Source: a bacterium (GTDB lineage: Bacteria > Hinthialibacterota > Hinthialibacteria > Hinthialibacterales > Hinthialibacteraceae). Taken from it: 64,000 bases of DNA. The notes under the pieces were generated by a model that worked only from the letters and a program-made list of their open reading frames with translations, searched no databases and was not told the DNA's origin. Positions within the stretch are counted from its first letter, which is position 1; the number at the start of each line of letters is the position of its first letter. Where the stretch lies: assembly GCA_963662285.2 (NCBI GenBank), contig CAXXMV010000006.1, positions 768,001 through 832,000 of the forward strand, written 5' to 3'. Below, piece after piece: positions 17,124-27,055 of this stretch. The translations under genes were made by a program, and so were the position numbers.

Positions 17124-18452
17124 ATGCAAGAAAGCGCCGCCCAATTAATTGATATTAATTTAGCGTCAAATATTCCCGACGCTCCCGAAACCTTAGCGGA
17201 CGCTGGATTAACTGCTTCGTTTGTGCAAGACCTGATGATCAAGCATCTCTACCGCAGCGGAGTTTTAACCGGATGCGAACTGGCTACTCATATTCACCTG
17301 CCATATCTGCTTATCGAACCGATCCTCGAAGAGATTGTCGATATCGCTTATGCGGAAAAACGCGGCGGTCAGGGATTAGGCGCTTCGCTGGATCGTTTCG
17401 CTCTGACCGATCAGGGCAAATCTCAGGCGCGCGATCTGCTGCAAATGGATACCTACATCGGCGCCGCCCCGGTGCCAATTGAGCAGTACGCCGAATATGT
17501 CAAAAAACACGATCTCAACAGTCTGGATGTCAACGAACAACTGTTGCGTCAGGCGTGGCGGGATTTTATTTTAGACGATGAACTCTTCGCCCGGATCGGT
17601 CCGGCAATATGTTCGGGTAAATCATGCTTTTTGTATGGACCTCCGGGAACAGGGAAGACCACCATCGCTAGAGCCATCGCCCGGCTGCTGGATGAAATGG
17701 TGGGCTGGATCGCCATTCCTCATGCAGTAATAGTGGGCGACAGCCTGATCAGGATTTACGATCCGGTTTATCATAATCCGGTGATAGTTCATAAAGAGAA
17801 TGACGCATCAAGCCTATGGATGGATGACGCCGCGGGCGACCAACGCTGGGTAACATGTCACCGCCCCTGCGTCATGGTGGGCGGCGAATTGACGCTTGAT
17901 ATGCTCGACCTGCGTTACAACGCAACCGCCAAGTTTTATGAAGCGCCGCTGCAAGTCAAAGCCAACGGCGGCGTCTTCATTATTGATGACTTCGGTCGTC
18001 AACTAGTCCAACCCCGCGACCTGCTCAACCGCTGGATAGTCCCTCTGGAAGAGCGCATCGATTTCCTGACGCTTGATACAGGAAAGAAATTCACTGTTCC
18101 ATTTGAAGAACTGGTAGTCTTCGCCACCAACCTTGATCCCAAAGATTTAGCCGATGAAGCCTTCCTGCGCCGCATCCGTTACAAGATATACATTGGGGAA
18201 CCTTCAGTCGAAGCCTATAAAGCCATATTCCAGAAAGAATGCAGCAAAAAACAGTTGCAATATTCGGTTGAGTCTCTAGACGCTATAATTCAAAAATTTT
18301 ACATCCAAGCCAAACGCTCCCTGCGCGCCTGCGACCCACGCGATATAACCGACTGGATCGCGGATCACTGCAAATTCAACAACCAATCCCGCAACATCTC
18401 CGGCCAAACCCTCGATGAAATCTTCACTTCTTATATGCAGGAACTTAGATAA
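17124..18452 (+). CDS. AAA+ ATPase (DDFGRQ family) adjacent to tad locus
   Basis: GPPGTGKT Walker A, IIDDFGRQ Walker B, LLNRWIVPLE, FATNL sensor and AFLRRI arginine finger. Confidence 0.85.
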   Translation: MQESAAQLIDINLASNIPDAPETLADAGLTASFVQDLMIKHLYRSGVLTGCELATHIHLPYLLIEPILEEIVDIAYAEKRGGQGLGASLDRFALTDQGKSQARDLLQMDTYIGAAPVPIEQYAEYVKKHDLNSLDVNEQLLRQAWRDFILDDELFARIGPAICSGKSCFLYGPPGTGKTTIARAIARLLDEMVGWIAIPHAVIVGDSLIRIYDPVYHNPVIVHKENDASSLWMDDAAGDQRWVTCHRPCVMVGGELTLDMLDLRYNATAKFYEAPLQVKANGGVFIIDDFGRQLVQPRDLLNRWIVPLEERIDFLTLDTGKKFTVPFEELVVFATNLDPKDLADEAFLRRIRYKIYIGEPSVEAYKAIFQKECSKKQLQYSVESLDAIIQKFYIQAKRSLRACDPRDITDWIADHCKFNNQSRNISGQTLDEIFTSYMQELR

Positions 18453-18551
18453 CAAACCCTATCGAGTAGCAAGGATATTCCGTACCAATCCATAAATTGA
18501 CCGCCTAATCAATTATAAAATTCAGATTAAGGCATAAATAAGAGTTCTTAG

Positions 18552-18593
18552 TTGACGCTTAGTTTTTGTTCCTGTTATAATGATTGTTATAAT
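18552..18593 (+). promoter_or_regulatory. Promoter/operator of AbrB-doc TA module
   Basis: TTGACG...TGTTATAAT with a second TGTTATAAT forming a TTATAA-N6-TTATAA palindrome just before the AAGGAG RBS. Confidence 0.55.
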
Positions 18594-18608
18594 AAGGAGA
18601 AACTCGGA

Positions 18609-18833
18609 ATGTTAAAATCGAAAGTCACAAACGTGGGTAGTTCAACTGGCGTGGTTCTACCACAAGAAATACTCGCTAAACTCCATGTCGAACAAGGGGA
18701 TACCCTCTGTTTTATAGAGACGCCAGACGGATTTGAAATCACTCCCTACGATCCCGAATTCGAAGAAGAAATGGATGCAGCTCATAAAGTCATGCATAAA
18801 TATCGCAATGCTTTGCGTGAACTGGCTCAATGA
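18609..18833 (+). CDS. AbrB/MazE-type antitoxin
   Basis: KVTNVGSSTGVVLPQEIL-x-KL...GDTL...PYDPEF...YRNALRELA; AAGGAG before ATG 18609. Confidence 0.9.
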   Translation: MLKSKVTNVGSSTGVVLPQEILAKLHVEQGDTLCFIETPDGFEITPYDPEFEEEMDAAHKVMHKYRNALRELAQ

Positions 18834-19223
18834 CATGGCGCTGGCTTTCCAAAGCAGCAGTGCTGGCTATTCACTGCGAACAGATCACTGAACACGGAGG
18901 CGGAAAAGGCGTCCGTGATGAAGGATTACTGGAATCCGCCTTATCCCGTCCTCTCCATTTGGCCGTCTATAGCAACGCTGGAGCTATGGAACTCTATGGA
19001 ACTAGCATCTGCCTACGCTTTTGGCATCGCCCGCAACCATCCTTTTGTCGATAGTAATAAACGGACAGTTTTTATAGTGGCAGCTACTTTTTTGTTCTTG
19101 AATGGATATATCATTACCGCTTCTGACAAAGAAGTCGTTGAAACCTTCCTGAGTCTCGCAGCTGGTGAACTCTCCGAAAAAGAATTATCGTTATGGTTCT
19201 CAAAGCATACTATTCAAAAATAA
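18830..19223 (+). pseudogene. doc: Doc/Fic-family toxin, frameshifted by a 10-bp tandem duplication
   Basis: First frame GVRDEGLLESALSRP; second frame NHPFVDSNKRT; CTATGGAACT duplicated at 18984-18993/18994-19003. Confidence 0.88.
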
Positions 19224-19417
19224 TAATATACCAGAAACAAATGTAAAAGTGAAATATTTAAAATCCTAGAATCGTGAGGTTAATGTATACCCTACACGTA
19301 TAAATACGTCTTAGAAATTATTGACGATTTTAAACATCCGTGATATTAATTTGTAGAATTGATTTATCTACGGTGTTTTTTGTATCATCGAATAGTTTGT
19401 AGAATGGGGAAAAATCA

Positions 19418-20881
19418 ATGAAACGATTCATGTTTTCATGTTTATGCTTTATGGCATTGGGTATAAATTGTTTTGCGCAAAATCCTAAATATATTGATTT
19501 CTCCGGCGATAGCGCGGAAACCAATGGCATCACACTGATGGGGGCGGGATTTGGCGAGTACCCCATGCCGGATGTATCATTTGGCGATATACCCATTGAT
19601 AACGCCTTCGAAAACGCCACCGATGGCCGGGGGATGATTATCAAAGCTGATCCGGGCGAAGGCGTTATGATAAAAACCTCGCAAATAACAACTTCCAATT
19701 GCGCCTTATTACGTTGCTCCGTGCGTATGAACGCTCCTCATGCATCTCTCTGCCTGGCATCGGTTGATCAAAGCGAAAATAGTTTTGTTTCGACCATTAC
19801 GCCAGCCAATCCATTATCTTTCGTCAATCAATATCAACGCATTGCCGATTTCTTTCTTCCCCCATCCACCGGATTCCAGGGAATCATTCAAGTTATCAAC
19901 ACCAGCCAAACTGAAATGCTAACCGTTTATATTGATAACTTTGAAATAATAGAAATGGCGCCGGACAGGATTAATGTTGCAATTGAGGATATTGTAGGTT
20001 TCAACTCCCCTATTCCGGAGCATACGCCGACGCCTACTCCAACGCCGACGCAATCAGGCTTCACCGGCGAAACCGAAACCGTCCAACTCGATCTCCCCGA
20101 AGGCGCAACAGAACTGGTAATGGTTAAAATCCCGGCGGGTGTATTTACTATGGGATCGCCAGCGGATGAGCGGGGGAGAAACGATGATCATGAGTGGCCG
20201 CCTCATCATGTCACGCTCACTAAGGATTTCCTCATCGGACAACACGAAATCACCCAAGCCCAGTATCAAGCCATAATGGATGCCAATCCCTCCAAATATA
20301 ATAACAACCCGAATAATCCGGTTGAAACAGTAACTTGGTATGATGCGGCGAAGTTCTGCAATGAGTTAAGTAGACAGAAGGGATTAACCCCGGTTTATTC
20401 CGAATCACCCTGGTGGGAGACCAATTGGTTAGCCGATGGTTACCGGTTGCCGACAGAAGCGGAGTGGGAATATGCCTGCCGGGCGGGAACCCAAACCCGC
20501 TTTTCATACGGGGACGCTTTGGAAATGGCCGATGTAGGAGAGGAGTATAACGAGCTTGGCGACCAGTATATGTGGTGGAGAGGCAACAATACATATAACG
20601 GAAATATATCTGGAACAAAAGAAGTGGGATTAAAGAAGCCCAATTCGTGGAATCTCTATGATATGCATGGCAACGTGTGGGAGTGGTGTAATGATATGTA
20701 CGAGGCTCCAAGCGACCGGGGCCCGGTAACTGATCCACATGATGCCCATGGTGATTACAGGGTGATCCGGGGCGGCAGTTGGAACTACAATGCCTGGATG
20801 TCCCGTTCCGCTAACCGTTTCTTTTACAAATCCAACACCAGTATCGCCTACTGGGGTTTTCGTGTTTGTAGGTCTCTGTAG
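19418..20881 (+). CDS. Secreted protein with PT linker and C-terminal FGE-sulfatase (SUMF1, C-type-lectin fold) domain
   Basis: Signal peptide; TPTPTPTPT linker; F-x-MGSP, RLPTEAEWEYACRAG, LYDMHGNVWEWC and RGGSW...GFRV. Confidence 0.9.
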   Translation: MKRFMFSCLCFMALGINCFAQNPKYIDFSGDSAETNGITLMGAGFGEYPMPDVSFGDIPIDNAFENATDGRGMIIKADPGEGVMIKTSQITTSNCALLRCSVRMNAPHASLCLASVDQSENSFVSTITPANPLSFVNQYQRIADFFLPPSTGFQGIIQVINTSQTEMLTVYIDNFEIIEMAPDRINVAIEDIVGFNSPIPEHTPTPTPTPTQSGFTGETETVQLDLPEGATELVMVKIPAGVFTMGSPADERGRNDDHEWPPHHVTLTKDFLIGQHEITQAQYQAIMDANPSKYNNNPNNPVETVTWYDAAKFCNELSRQKGLTPVYSESPWWETNWLADGYRLPTEAEWEYACRAGTQTRFSYGDALEMADVGEEYNELGDQYMWWRGNNTYNGNISGTKEVGLKKPNSWNLYDMHGNVWEWCNDMYEAPSDRGPVTDPHDAHGDYRVIRGGSWNYNAWMSRSANRFFYKSNTSIAYWGFRVCRSL

Positions 20882-20908
20882 TCATTAAAGTTAGAATTCG
20901 GCAAACAT

Positions 20909-20996
20909 TGTCTGAATCAAGATACCCAGGATGGAAGAATACTCAAGATGATGTTATCCTGCTTATCTTTTAATCCGGTAAATCCAGATTCAGACA
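20909..20996 (+). repeat. Short copy of MITE-like family D
   Basis: TGTCTGAATCAAGATACCCAGGAT...ATCCAGATTCAGACA. Confidence 0.7.
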
Positions 20997-21025
20997 AAAA
21001 AAATGGTTTTTCTGAAAAAAACCTC

Positions 21026-21177
21026 TTGACTATTATGCTTGATAGGTATAATGTTTACATATAAACAAACAAGAGTTAGATATATGCATCAGCAAACCAA
21101 ACTTGGATTCAACATCAGCGGCTTGATTCATCGCATCAGAGATATTTTTTTAGATTGATTGTTTATAAATAAACAAT
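21026..21177 (+). promoter_or_regulatory. aas promoter with two TGTTTA-N4-TAAACA operators
   Basis: TTGACT (21026) and TATAAT (21047) with a short 15-bp spacer; palindromes TGTTTACATATAAACA 21052-21067 and ATTGTTTATAAATAAACAAT 21158-21177. Confidence 0.65.
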
Positions 21178-21208
21178 TTACCAAAAAACAATTACAGGGA
21201 GAAAGACA

Positions 21209-24200
21209 ATGTCTACAGGGAAACTAAACCAACTATTAAAATCGGGCGGCTTCCAGTCATTTTTATGGACCCAGTTCTTCGGCGCCTTTAACGATAATCT
21301 GTTCAAGGTGGTTGTCACCTTTTTCGCCGCCAGTATGGCTGTATCAGCACATGAAGGCGGCGGCAACATTGCGATTATCGGCGCTGTTTTTATTCTACCG
21401 TTCCTGCTTTTTTCCGGTTACGCAGGCCATTTCGCCGATGTGTGCAATAAGCGAACTGTTCTGATTGTTACCAAATCGCTGGAAATCCTATCCATGACGC
21501 TGGGCACGGCGGCCTTTCTGACGCAGCGGATTGAACCTTTATTGGCCGTATTGTTCCTGATGGCGTTGCAATCCACCTTTTTCAGCCCGGCCAAGTACGG
21601 CATATTGCCCGAAATGCTGCCCGACCGCGATCTATCCCGCGCCAACGGCCTGTTGGAGATGAGCACCTTTCTAGCCATAATACTGGGCACGGCCTTGGGT
21701 GGAATCTTCTTCACCAGTTGGCAAGATGATCTCTGGATGGTTGGCGTGATTTTCATTATCATTGCAGTGCTGGGAACCATAATCAGTTTCGGCATCCCCA
21801 AAGTTCCCGCCTCCGGCTCCACCAAAAAACTCAGCCTCAATCCCTGGCGCGAAATCGTGACTGGCCTTAAGCATCTATATAGCCAAAAGCCGCTATGGAT
21901 GACTGTAGTAGGCATATCATATTTCTGGTTTCTCGGCGCATTATTCCAAATGGACATTTTTCTCCTGGGTAAAGAAACTCTGTCTGTGGATGAAAGAATG
22001 ACCGGATTTTTATTAACATGCCTGGCGGTTGGCATCGGCGTTGGCAGCCTGTTAGCTGGACGGTTATCGGGAGATAAGGTAGAATTGGGCTTGGTTCCCA
22101 TCGGCTCAATCGGCATGGGCGTCTTCTCATTGCTGATTTACGCCGTATCTCCCTCATATTTATATACGGGAATCTGTCTGGTATTCCTAGGATTATCCAG
22201 CGGTCTATTTATTGTTCCGCTATATGCATATCTACAGCAAAAAAGCGGAGCGCAGGAAAAAGGCCGCTTGATCGCCACCAATAATTTCCTTAACACTGTC
22301 GGCATCCTATTGGCATCCATCGCCTTGTGGATCACGCATAGCCTGCTGGGATTTACCCCCGGACAGATAATATTGGCGTTGGGAATCCTGACTCTATTAG
22401 GAACCATATACATCCTGACCATTCTACCGGACTTCCTAATTAGGTTTACCCTATGGCTATTAACTCACACCTTCTACAAAATACGTATCAGGGGCCAGCA
22501 AAATGTACCCATAGAAGGCCCGGCGCTGCTGGTTTCCAATCATATTTCTTATATGGACGGTCTGATTATCGGCGCCTGCATTCAAAGATTCGTCCGTTTC
22601 ATGATGTATAAACCTTTTTATGATGCCAAAACCTTCAATTGGTTTTTCCGTTCCATGAGAGCCATTCCCGTAGATGGCAGCAACCGTAAATCTATTGTTG
22701 AATCAATCCGGAAGGCGCGTGAAGAGTTGCAAGCGGGTCAAGTAGTCTGCATTTTCGCCGAAGGCGGAGTCAGCCGCACCGGCGGGATTCTTCCTTTCAA
22801 ACGTGGTTTTGAGAAAATTGCTGAGGGATTAGACGCGCCGATTATCCCTGTTAATCTCGATGGATTATGGGGCAGCCTGTTCAGTTACGCCAAAGGAAAG
22901 TTCTTTTGGAAAATGCCGCAGCGCATACCCTATCCTGTAACAGTCTCCTTTGGAGAACCAATGGCCGCCGATTCATCAGCTGCGCAAGTGCAACAGGCCG
23001 TGATGGAATTGGGCAGCGATGCGGCTGAATTACGGAAACATCCCAATGATTTGCTGCACCGTCGTTTTATCCAAAAAGCCAAAAGACGCTGGTTCCGCTT
23101 TTGCATGGCCGACTCTAGCGGCAAAGAACTGAACTATGGAAAAACCCTGACCGCCAGCCTTCTGCTGGCCCGCTGGATCAAGCGCCAATGTCGCAATGAA
23201 TCCATGATAGGTTTGATGCTGCCCTCATCGGTTGGAGGTGCTCTGGTTAATATTGGCGCGCTTTGCGCTGGCAAGACGCCTGTCAATCTTAATTTCACTG
23301 CGGGAACAAGCGCGATAGAATCAGCCATTAATCAATGCAATATCCGCACCATTATTACTTCGCGCATTTTCCTGAAGAAAGCCGCCATCAAAGCAACGGA
23401 TTCAATGGTTTTTGTAGAAGATATCTTGAAAGATTTCTCTCTGTTACGCAAAGCATGGACCGCAATCACGGCATTCATTCTACCCGCCAGGCTGCTTTCT
23501 TTTCTATATAATAGAGAAGACCAATCTCCCGATGATACCGCCACCATAATTTTTTCCAGCGGCAGCACCGGAGAACCCAAAGGCGTCATGCTTTCGCATT
23601 ACAATATAATATCCAATGTAAAGGATATCGCTCAAGTTTTTTCGATGACCACCAATGATCGAATCCTGGGCATTCTTCCTTTTTTCCATTCCTTCGGTTT
23701 TACCGGCGCTCTTTGGCTTCCCTTGCTCAATGGATTTGGCGTCGCGTATCATCCCAATCCATTGGAAGCGAAAAAGATCGGTCAACTCGTTCAGCAATAC
23801 CAGGTAAGTTTGATGATAACCGCCCCTACATTCTGCAATGCCTATATCCGCAAATGCACGGCTGAAGAGTTTGCTTCATTACGTATGGTCGTAGTGGGAG
23901 CGGAAAAACTGCAAACTTCCATTGCTCAGGCCTTCAAGGATAAATTCGGCCTTGATCTATTGGAGGGATATGGCTGCTCTGAGATGAGTCCCTGCGTGGC
24001 AGTGAATGCGCCGGATGTAGTAGACGGGAGAGTTAAGCAAATCGGCCATCAACCTGGAACCGTAGGACATCCCTTGCCAAGTTTATCGGTAAAAGTGGTC
24101 AATCCAGATACTATGGAACCATTGGAGAACGGCGACGAAGGCTTATTGTTGGTTCGGGGACCAAGCCGGATGACTGGATATCTCAATCAACCAGAAAAAA

Positions 24201-24634
24201 CCAATCAGGTCTTCGTCAACGGTTGGTATAATACCGGCGATATTGCGCGAATCGATGAAAATGGATTTATCCAAATCACCGACCGTTTGTCGCGTTTCAG
24301 TAAAATCGGCGGGGAAATGGTTCCCCATATCAAAATCGAAGAAGCAATCAATAAAACTGTTGCGGAAGACGTATGTTATGTAGTTTCCATCCCCGACGAC
24401 CGTAAAGGAGAACAGTTAGTTGTACTTTACACTAAAGAAGATTTCGATGTGAATGATGTATGGAACAGGTTGAAACAGTCAACCCTGCCGCGTCTTTGGA
24501 TTCCCAAGGAAGATCATTTTTATCACATAAACGAACTGCCCCAACTGGGAAGCGGCAAAGTTAATTGGAGAGAAATGAACCGAATGGCGAGGGCGTTTTG
24601 TAATCTAGAACCTCAACAGCTTAATTGTGGATAG
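21209..24634 (+). CDS. aas: Fused LplT-like MFS / acyltransferase / acyl-ACP synthetase
   Basis: TQFFGAFNDN MFS N-terminus; NHISYMD and IFAEGG PlsC motifs; FSSGSTGEPKG, EGYG and TGD AMP-binding motifs. Confidence 0.93.
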   Translation: MSTGKLNQLLKSGGFQSFLWTQFFGAFNDNLFKVVVTFFAASMAVSAHEGGGNIAIIGAVFILPFLLFSGYAGHFADVCNKRTVLIVTKSLEILSMTLGTAAFLTQRIEPLLAVLFLMALQSTFFSPAKYGILPEMLPDRDLSRANGLLEMSTFLAIILGTALGGIFFTSWQDDLWMVGVIFIIIAVLGTIISFGIPKVPASGSTKKLSLNPWREIVTGLKHLYSQKPLWMTVVGISYFWFLGALFQMDIFLLGKETLSVDERMTGFLLTCLAVGIGVGSLLAGRLSGDKVELGLVPIGSIGMGVFSLLIYAVSPSYLYTGICLVFLGLSSGLFIVPLYAYLQQKSGAQEKGRLIATNNFLNTVGILLASIALWITHSLLGFTPGQIILALGILTLLGTIYILTILPDFLIRFTLWLLTHTFYKIRIRGQQNVPIEGPALLVSNHISYMDGLIIGACIQRFVRFMMYKPFYDAKTFNWFFRSMRAIPVDGSNRKSIVESIRKAREELQAGQVVCIFAEGGVSRTGGILPFKRGFEKIAEGLDAPIIPVNLDGLWGSLFSYAKGKFFWKMPQRIPYPVTVSFGEPMAADSSAAQVQQAVMELGSDAAELRKHPNDLLHRRFIQKAKRRWFRFCMADSSGKELNYGKTLTASLLLARWIKRQCRNESMIGLMLPSSVGGALVNIGALCAGKTPVNLNFTAGTSAIESAINQCNIRTIITSRIFLKKAAIKATDSMVFVEDILKDFSLLRKAWTAITAFILPARLLSFLYNREDQSPDDTATIIFSSGSTGEPKGVMLSHYNIISNVKDIAQVFSMTTNDRILGILPFFHSFGFTGALWLPLLNGFGVAYHPNPLEAKKIGQLVQQYQVSLMITAPTFCNAYIRKCTAEEFASLRMVVVGAEKLQTSIAQAFKDKFGLDLLEGYGCSEMSPCVAVNAPDVVDGRVKQIGHQPGTVGHPLPSLSVKVVNPDTMEPLENGDEGLLLVRGPSRMTGYLNQPEKTNQVFVNGWYNTGDIARIDENGFIQITDRLSRFSKIGGEMVPHIKIEEAINKTVAEDVCYVVSIPDDRKGEQLVVLYTKEDFDVNDVWNRLKQSTLPRLWIPKEDHFYHINELPQLGSGKVNWREMNRMARAFCNLEPQQLNCG

Positions 24635-24705
24635 AGGAAAATCACATGCAAATTAATTTTAATCTATCGAAATGGAAAACCATTCTTCCAAGAGGAATCA
24701 AGATA

Positions 24706-25611
24706 ATGCAAAAAAACTGGTTGCTTTTATCAATAACTTTCTTGTTGCTGCTCACAGGTTTTGCGGGATGCGGCGCTATCACCACTCATCTGGTTAAACG
24801 CGCCGACCAACATGCTCTACGCAATCCCGACACTGGCCTGTTGATCGGAGCGGAAGAACGGGATCTGGGCGACGCCAATTCATCATGCGGCGTATTGTTG
24901 GTTCACGGCTTCATTGGCGGGGGCAACAACTTCGCTGATCTACCCGAACGGCTTGCGCAACGGGGATGGCATGTCCGCGTCATGCGACTCCCCGGTCATG
25001 GAACCAGCCCCTTGGATTTTGAGAAACAGACGCCGGACGAATTGATCCAAGCGGTTCGCAATGAAATATCACAAATGAAAAAACAACATGACACAGTTGC
25101 CGTAGTCGGCCATTCCATGGGATGCGCCCTCAGCGCCATCGCTATATCAGAAACTCCCGTGGATAAACTTGTGCTGGGAGCGCCCTATTTCTCCATCACC
25201 TACCGCTGGCCGCTAGTGCTAAAAGTCGAAACATGGACTACCCTGCTTCAACCGATTATACGTTGGGTCTACAAAGGAAAACACTTCATGCAAGTCAACC
25301 GCAAGGAAGCCAGAGACAAAATCCTCTCCTATGCATGGGTTCCAACCAAAGGCGCCAAGACGCTTATTAGACTAGGCGATCAAGCCAGACAAGATGATGT
25401 ACTAGAGAACATTCACTGCCCGGTTCTGATGATTCACGCCCATGGCGACCGCGCCGCCTCTCACAAAGCAGCCTTGAAAGCCTACAAAAAGTTAGCCTCT
25501 CAGGAAAAACAATTTCATTGGCTAGAGCGCTCAAATCATCAAATTTTCTGGGATTATGAAAGCGAAGAGGTAATGGATGCAATAGAAACTTTTCTGGGAA
25601 TGCCGCAATAA
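24706..25611 (+). CDS. Alpha/beta-hydrolase esterase/lipase, probable lipoprotein
   Basis: FAGC lipobox from ATG 24706; VHGF, LPGHG, GHSMG nucleophile, D and H triad residues. Confidence 0.82.
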   Translation: MQKNWLLLSITFLLLLTGFAGCGAITTHLVKRADQHALRNPDTGLLIGAEERDLGDANSSCGVLLVHGFIGGGNNFADLPERLAQRGWHVRVMRLPGHGTSPLDFEKQTPDELIQAVRNEISQMKKQHDTVAVVGHSMGCALSAIAISETPVDKLVLGAPYFSITYRWPLVLKVETWTTLLQPIIRWVYKGKHFMQVNRKEARDKILSYAWVPTKGAKTLIRLGDQARQDDVLENIHCPVLMIHAHGDRAASHKAALKAYKKLASQEKQFHWLERSNHQIFWDYESEEVMDAIETFLGMPQ

Positions 25612-25634
25612 CCACTCGTAAATCTAGTATGAAC

Positions 25635-25677
25635 AAAAAAAAACAGCCCTGGAAATTTAACAAAATCTCCAGGGCTG
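25635..25677 (-). terminator. Intrinsic terminator of 25700-26743 gene
   Basis: CAGCCCTGGA/TCCAGGGCTG 10-bp stem followed by a T run on the minus strand. Confidence 0.7.
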
Positions 25678-25699
25678 AATTAATTCAAGCAATGCGTCG

Positions 25700-26743
25700 T
25701 TATTGTAATTCCCAATTAGATACGGCAGTCGAAGATTTGGCGCCCATGATTAAAGCGGACAGGAATTCGCTGCTATTCCAATTTGCATCGTGTCCTGTCG
25801 TATTGGTCTGATGTTCGCGGGAAGGCGCATCACCCCAAATATCTGCATCGTTTTGTTGAACTGTGAATCCAATCACAGTATTCACTTCCATGTCCAATTG
25901 TTCATGCACCGGATCTTCCCAATATTCCAACCAACCATTGGCAATATTCTCAGGTGCGAGAAGATCCACTCCCAGATCAGCGTTTGGCATCAGATAGCCA
26001 TAAGGGACAATCTTGACCTCCCAATTGTATTCCACGGGAGCTCCCGCCCATTCGGTTACGTCTGGTTGAGTTATTCTAATTTGTGCGGCTGATGCGAAAT
26101 AATCATCAGCAATATTCCATGGAGCATGAGTCCCATCTAAACCCAACGATCCTTCGATTCGTTCGAATACCGGAACTGGAACAAATTCGGTGCTTGGCGC
26201 AATTCCACCACCTTCTGTATAGAAATATCCTACGCTGCCATCAAATAATACGCCTGCTTCAATATCATTGGCTTCATCCCATGGATCCCAACTATTGGGT
26301 AAATCGAGAACATATTGTTGATGCATACCCGATGTGGTAGTGGATGCAGAATCTCCAGTGTTCGTACCGTCGATAACGATTTCCAATCGTTCATTATTGT
26401 AACCATCGGTGCCAAGACTTGAGCCTAATCCCCTCGTGCATACTAAAGCATCGTCAATCACGTTTAGTGCAAAATACAGTGCATTCGTCTCATCATCCCA
26501 TGCGATTTTCAACACGATATCCAGATCGCCTGACCCCGGAGCAGCGGCTGGTGAGTCGCCATCCAGATTCATGGGTATTGCAGGAACTCCAGCCCACATG
26601 GCATCGGACAGGTCTCCATCAATTACCGGAACCTCGGATAATTCAGGAATTGTGAATGAATTAACATTCACCGATACATCCTGCGCAGAACACAAAAGCG
26701 CACCTGCGCATACGAGTACAAAAATGAATACAACTTTTTTCAT
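25700..26743 (-). CDS. Secreted acidic protein, CBM9/DOMON-like sugar-binding fold
   Basis: Signal peptide; PVIDGDLSD-x-x-W...AWD...LYFALNVIDD...IGFTVQQNDAD pattern; GGGAGG RBS. Confidence 0.6.
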   Translation of the reverse strand: MKKVVFIFVLVCAGALLCSAQDVSVNVNSFTIPELSEVPVIDGDLSDAMWAGVPAIPMNLDGDSPAAAPGSGDLDIVLKIAWDDETNALYFALNVIDDALVCTRGLGSSLGTDGYNNERLEIVIDGTNTGDSASTTTSGMHQQYVLDLPNSWDPWDEANDIEAGVLFDGSVGYFYTEGGGIAPSTEFVPVPVFERIEGSLGLDGTHAPWNIADDYFASAAQIRITQPDVTEWAGAPVEYNWEVKIVPYGYLMPNADLGVDLLAPENIANGWLEYWEDPVHEQLDMEVNTVIGFTVQQNDADIWGDAPSREHQTNTTGHDANWNSSEFLSALIMGAKSSTAVSNWELQ

Positions 26744-27055
26744 AATCTACTACCTCCCGATATAATATATAATGCATTGATATCAAAACTTATAACAAAT
26801 TATTAAACGAAAGTCAATCGAAAATTAATATATTTTCGATATATCGATTTAATTTTCGCAATTGAATACACTTATCTAGCCTATCTTTATTAATTTCAGT
26901 AAAATGAACTAGTTAAAGATTAAAGCGGTTAACAAAAATATATGCACATTGAAAACATTGGATTTGTTAAAAGACTCATCTTTTGGGGACTTTTCACAAC
27001 CGCATTGACGTACGTTATTATTAGAATCGCTCTAATTTAAGGAGATCCTAGAAGG

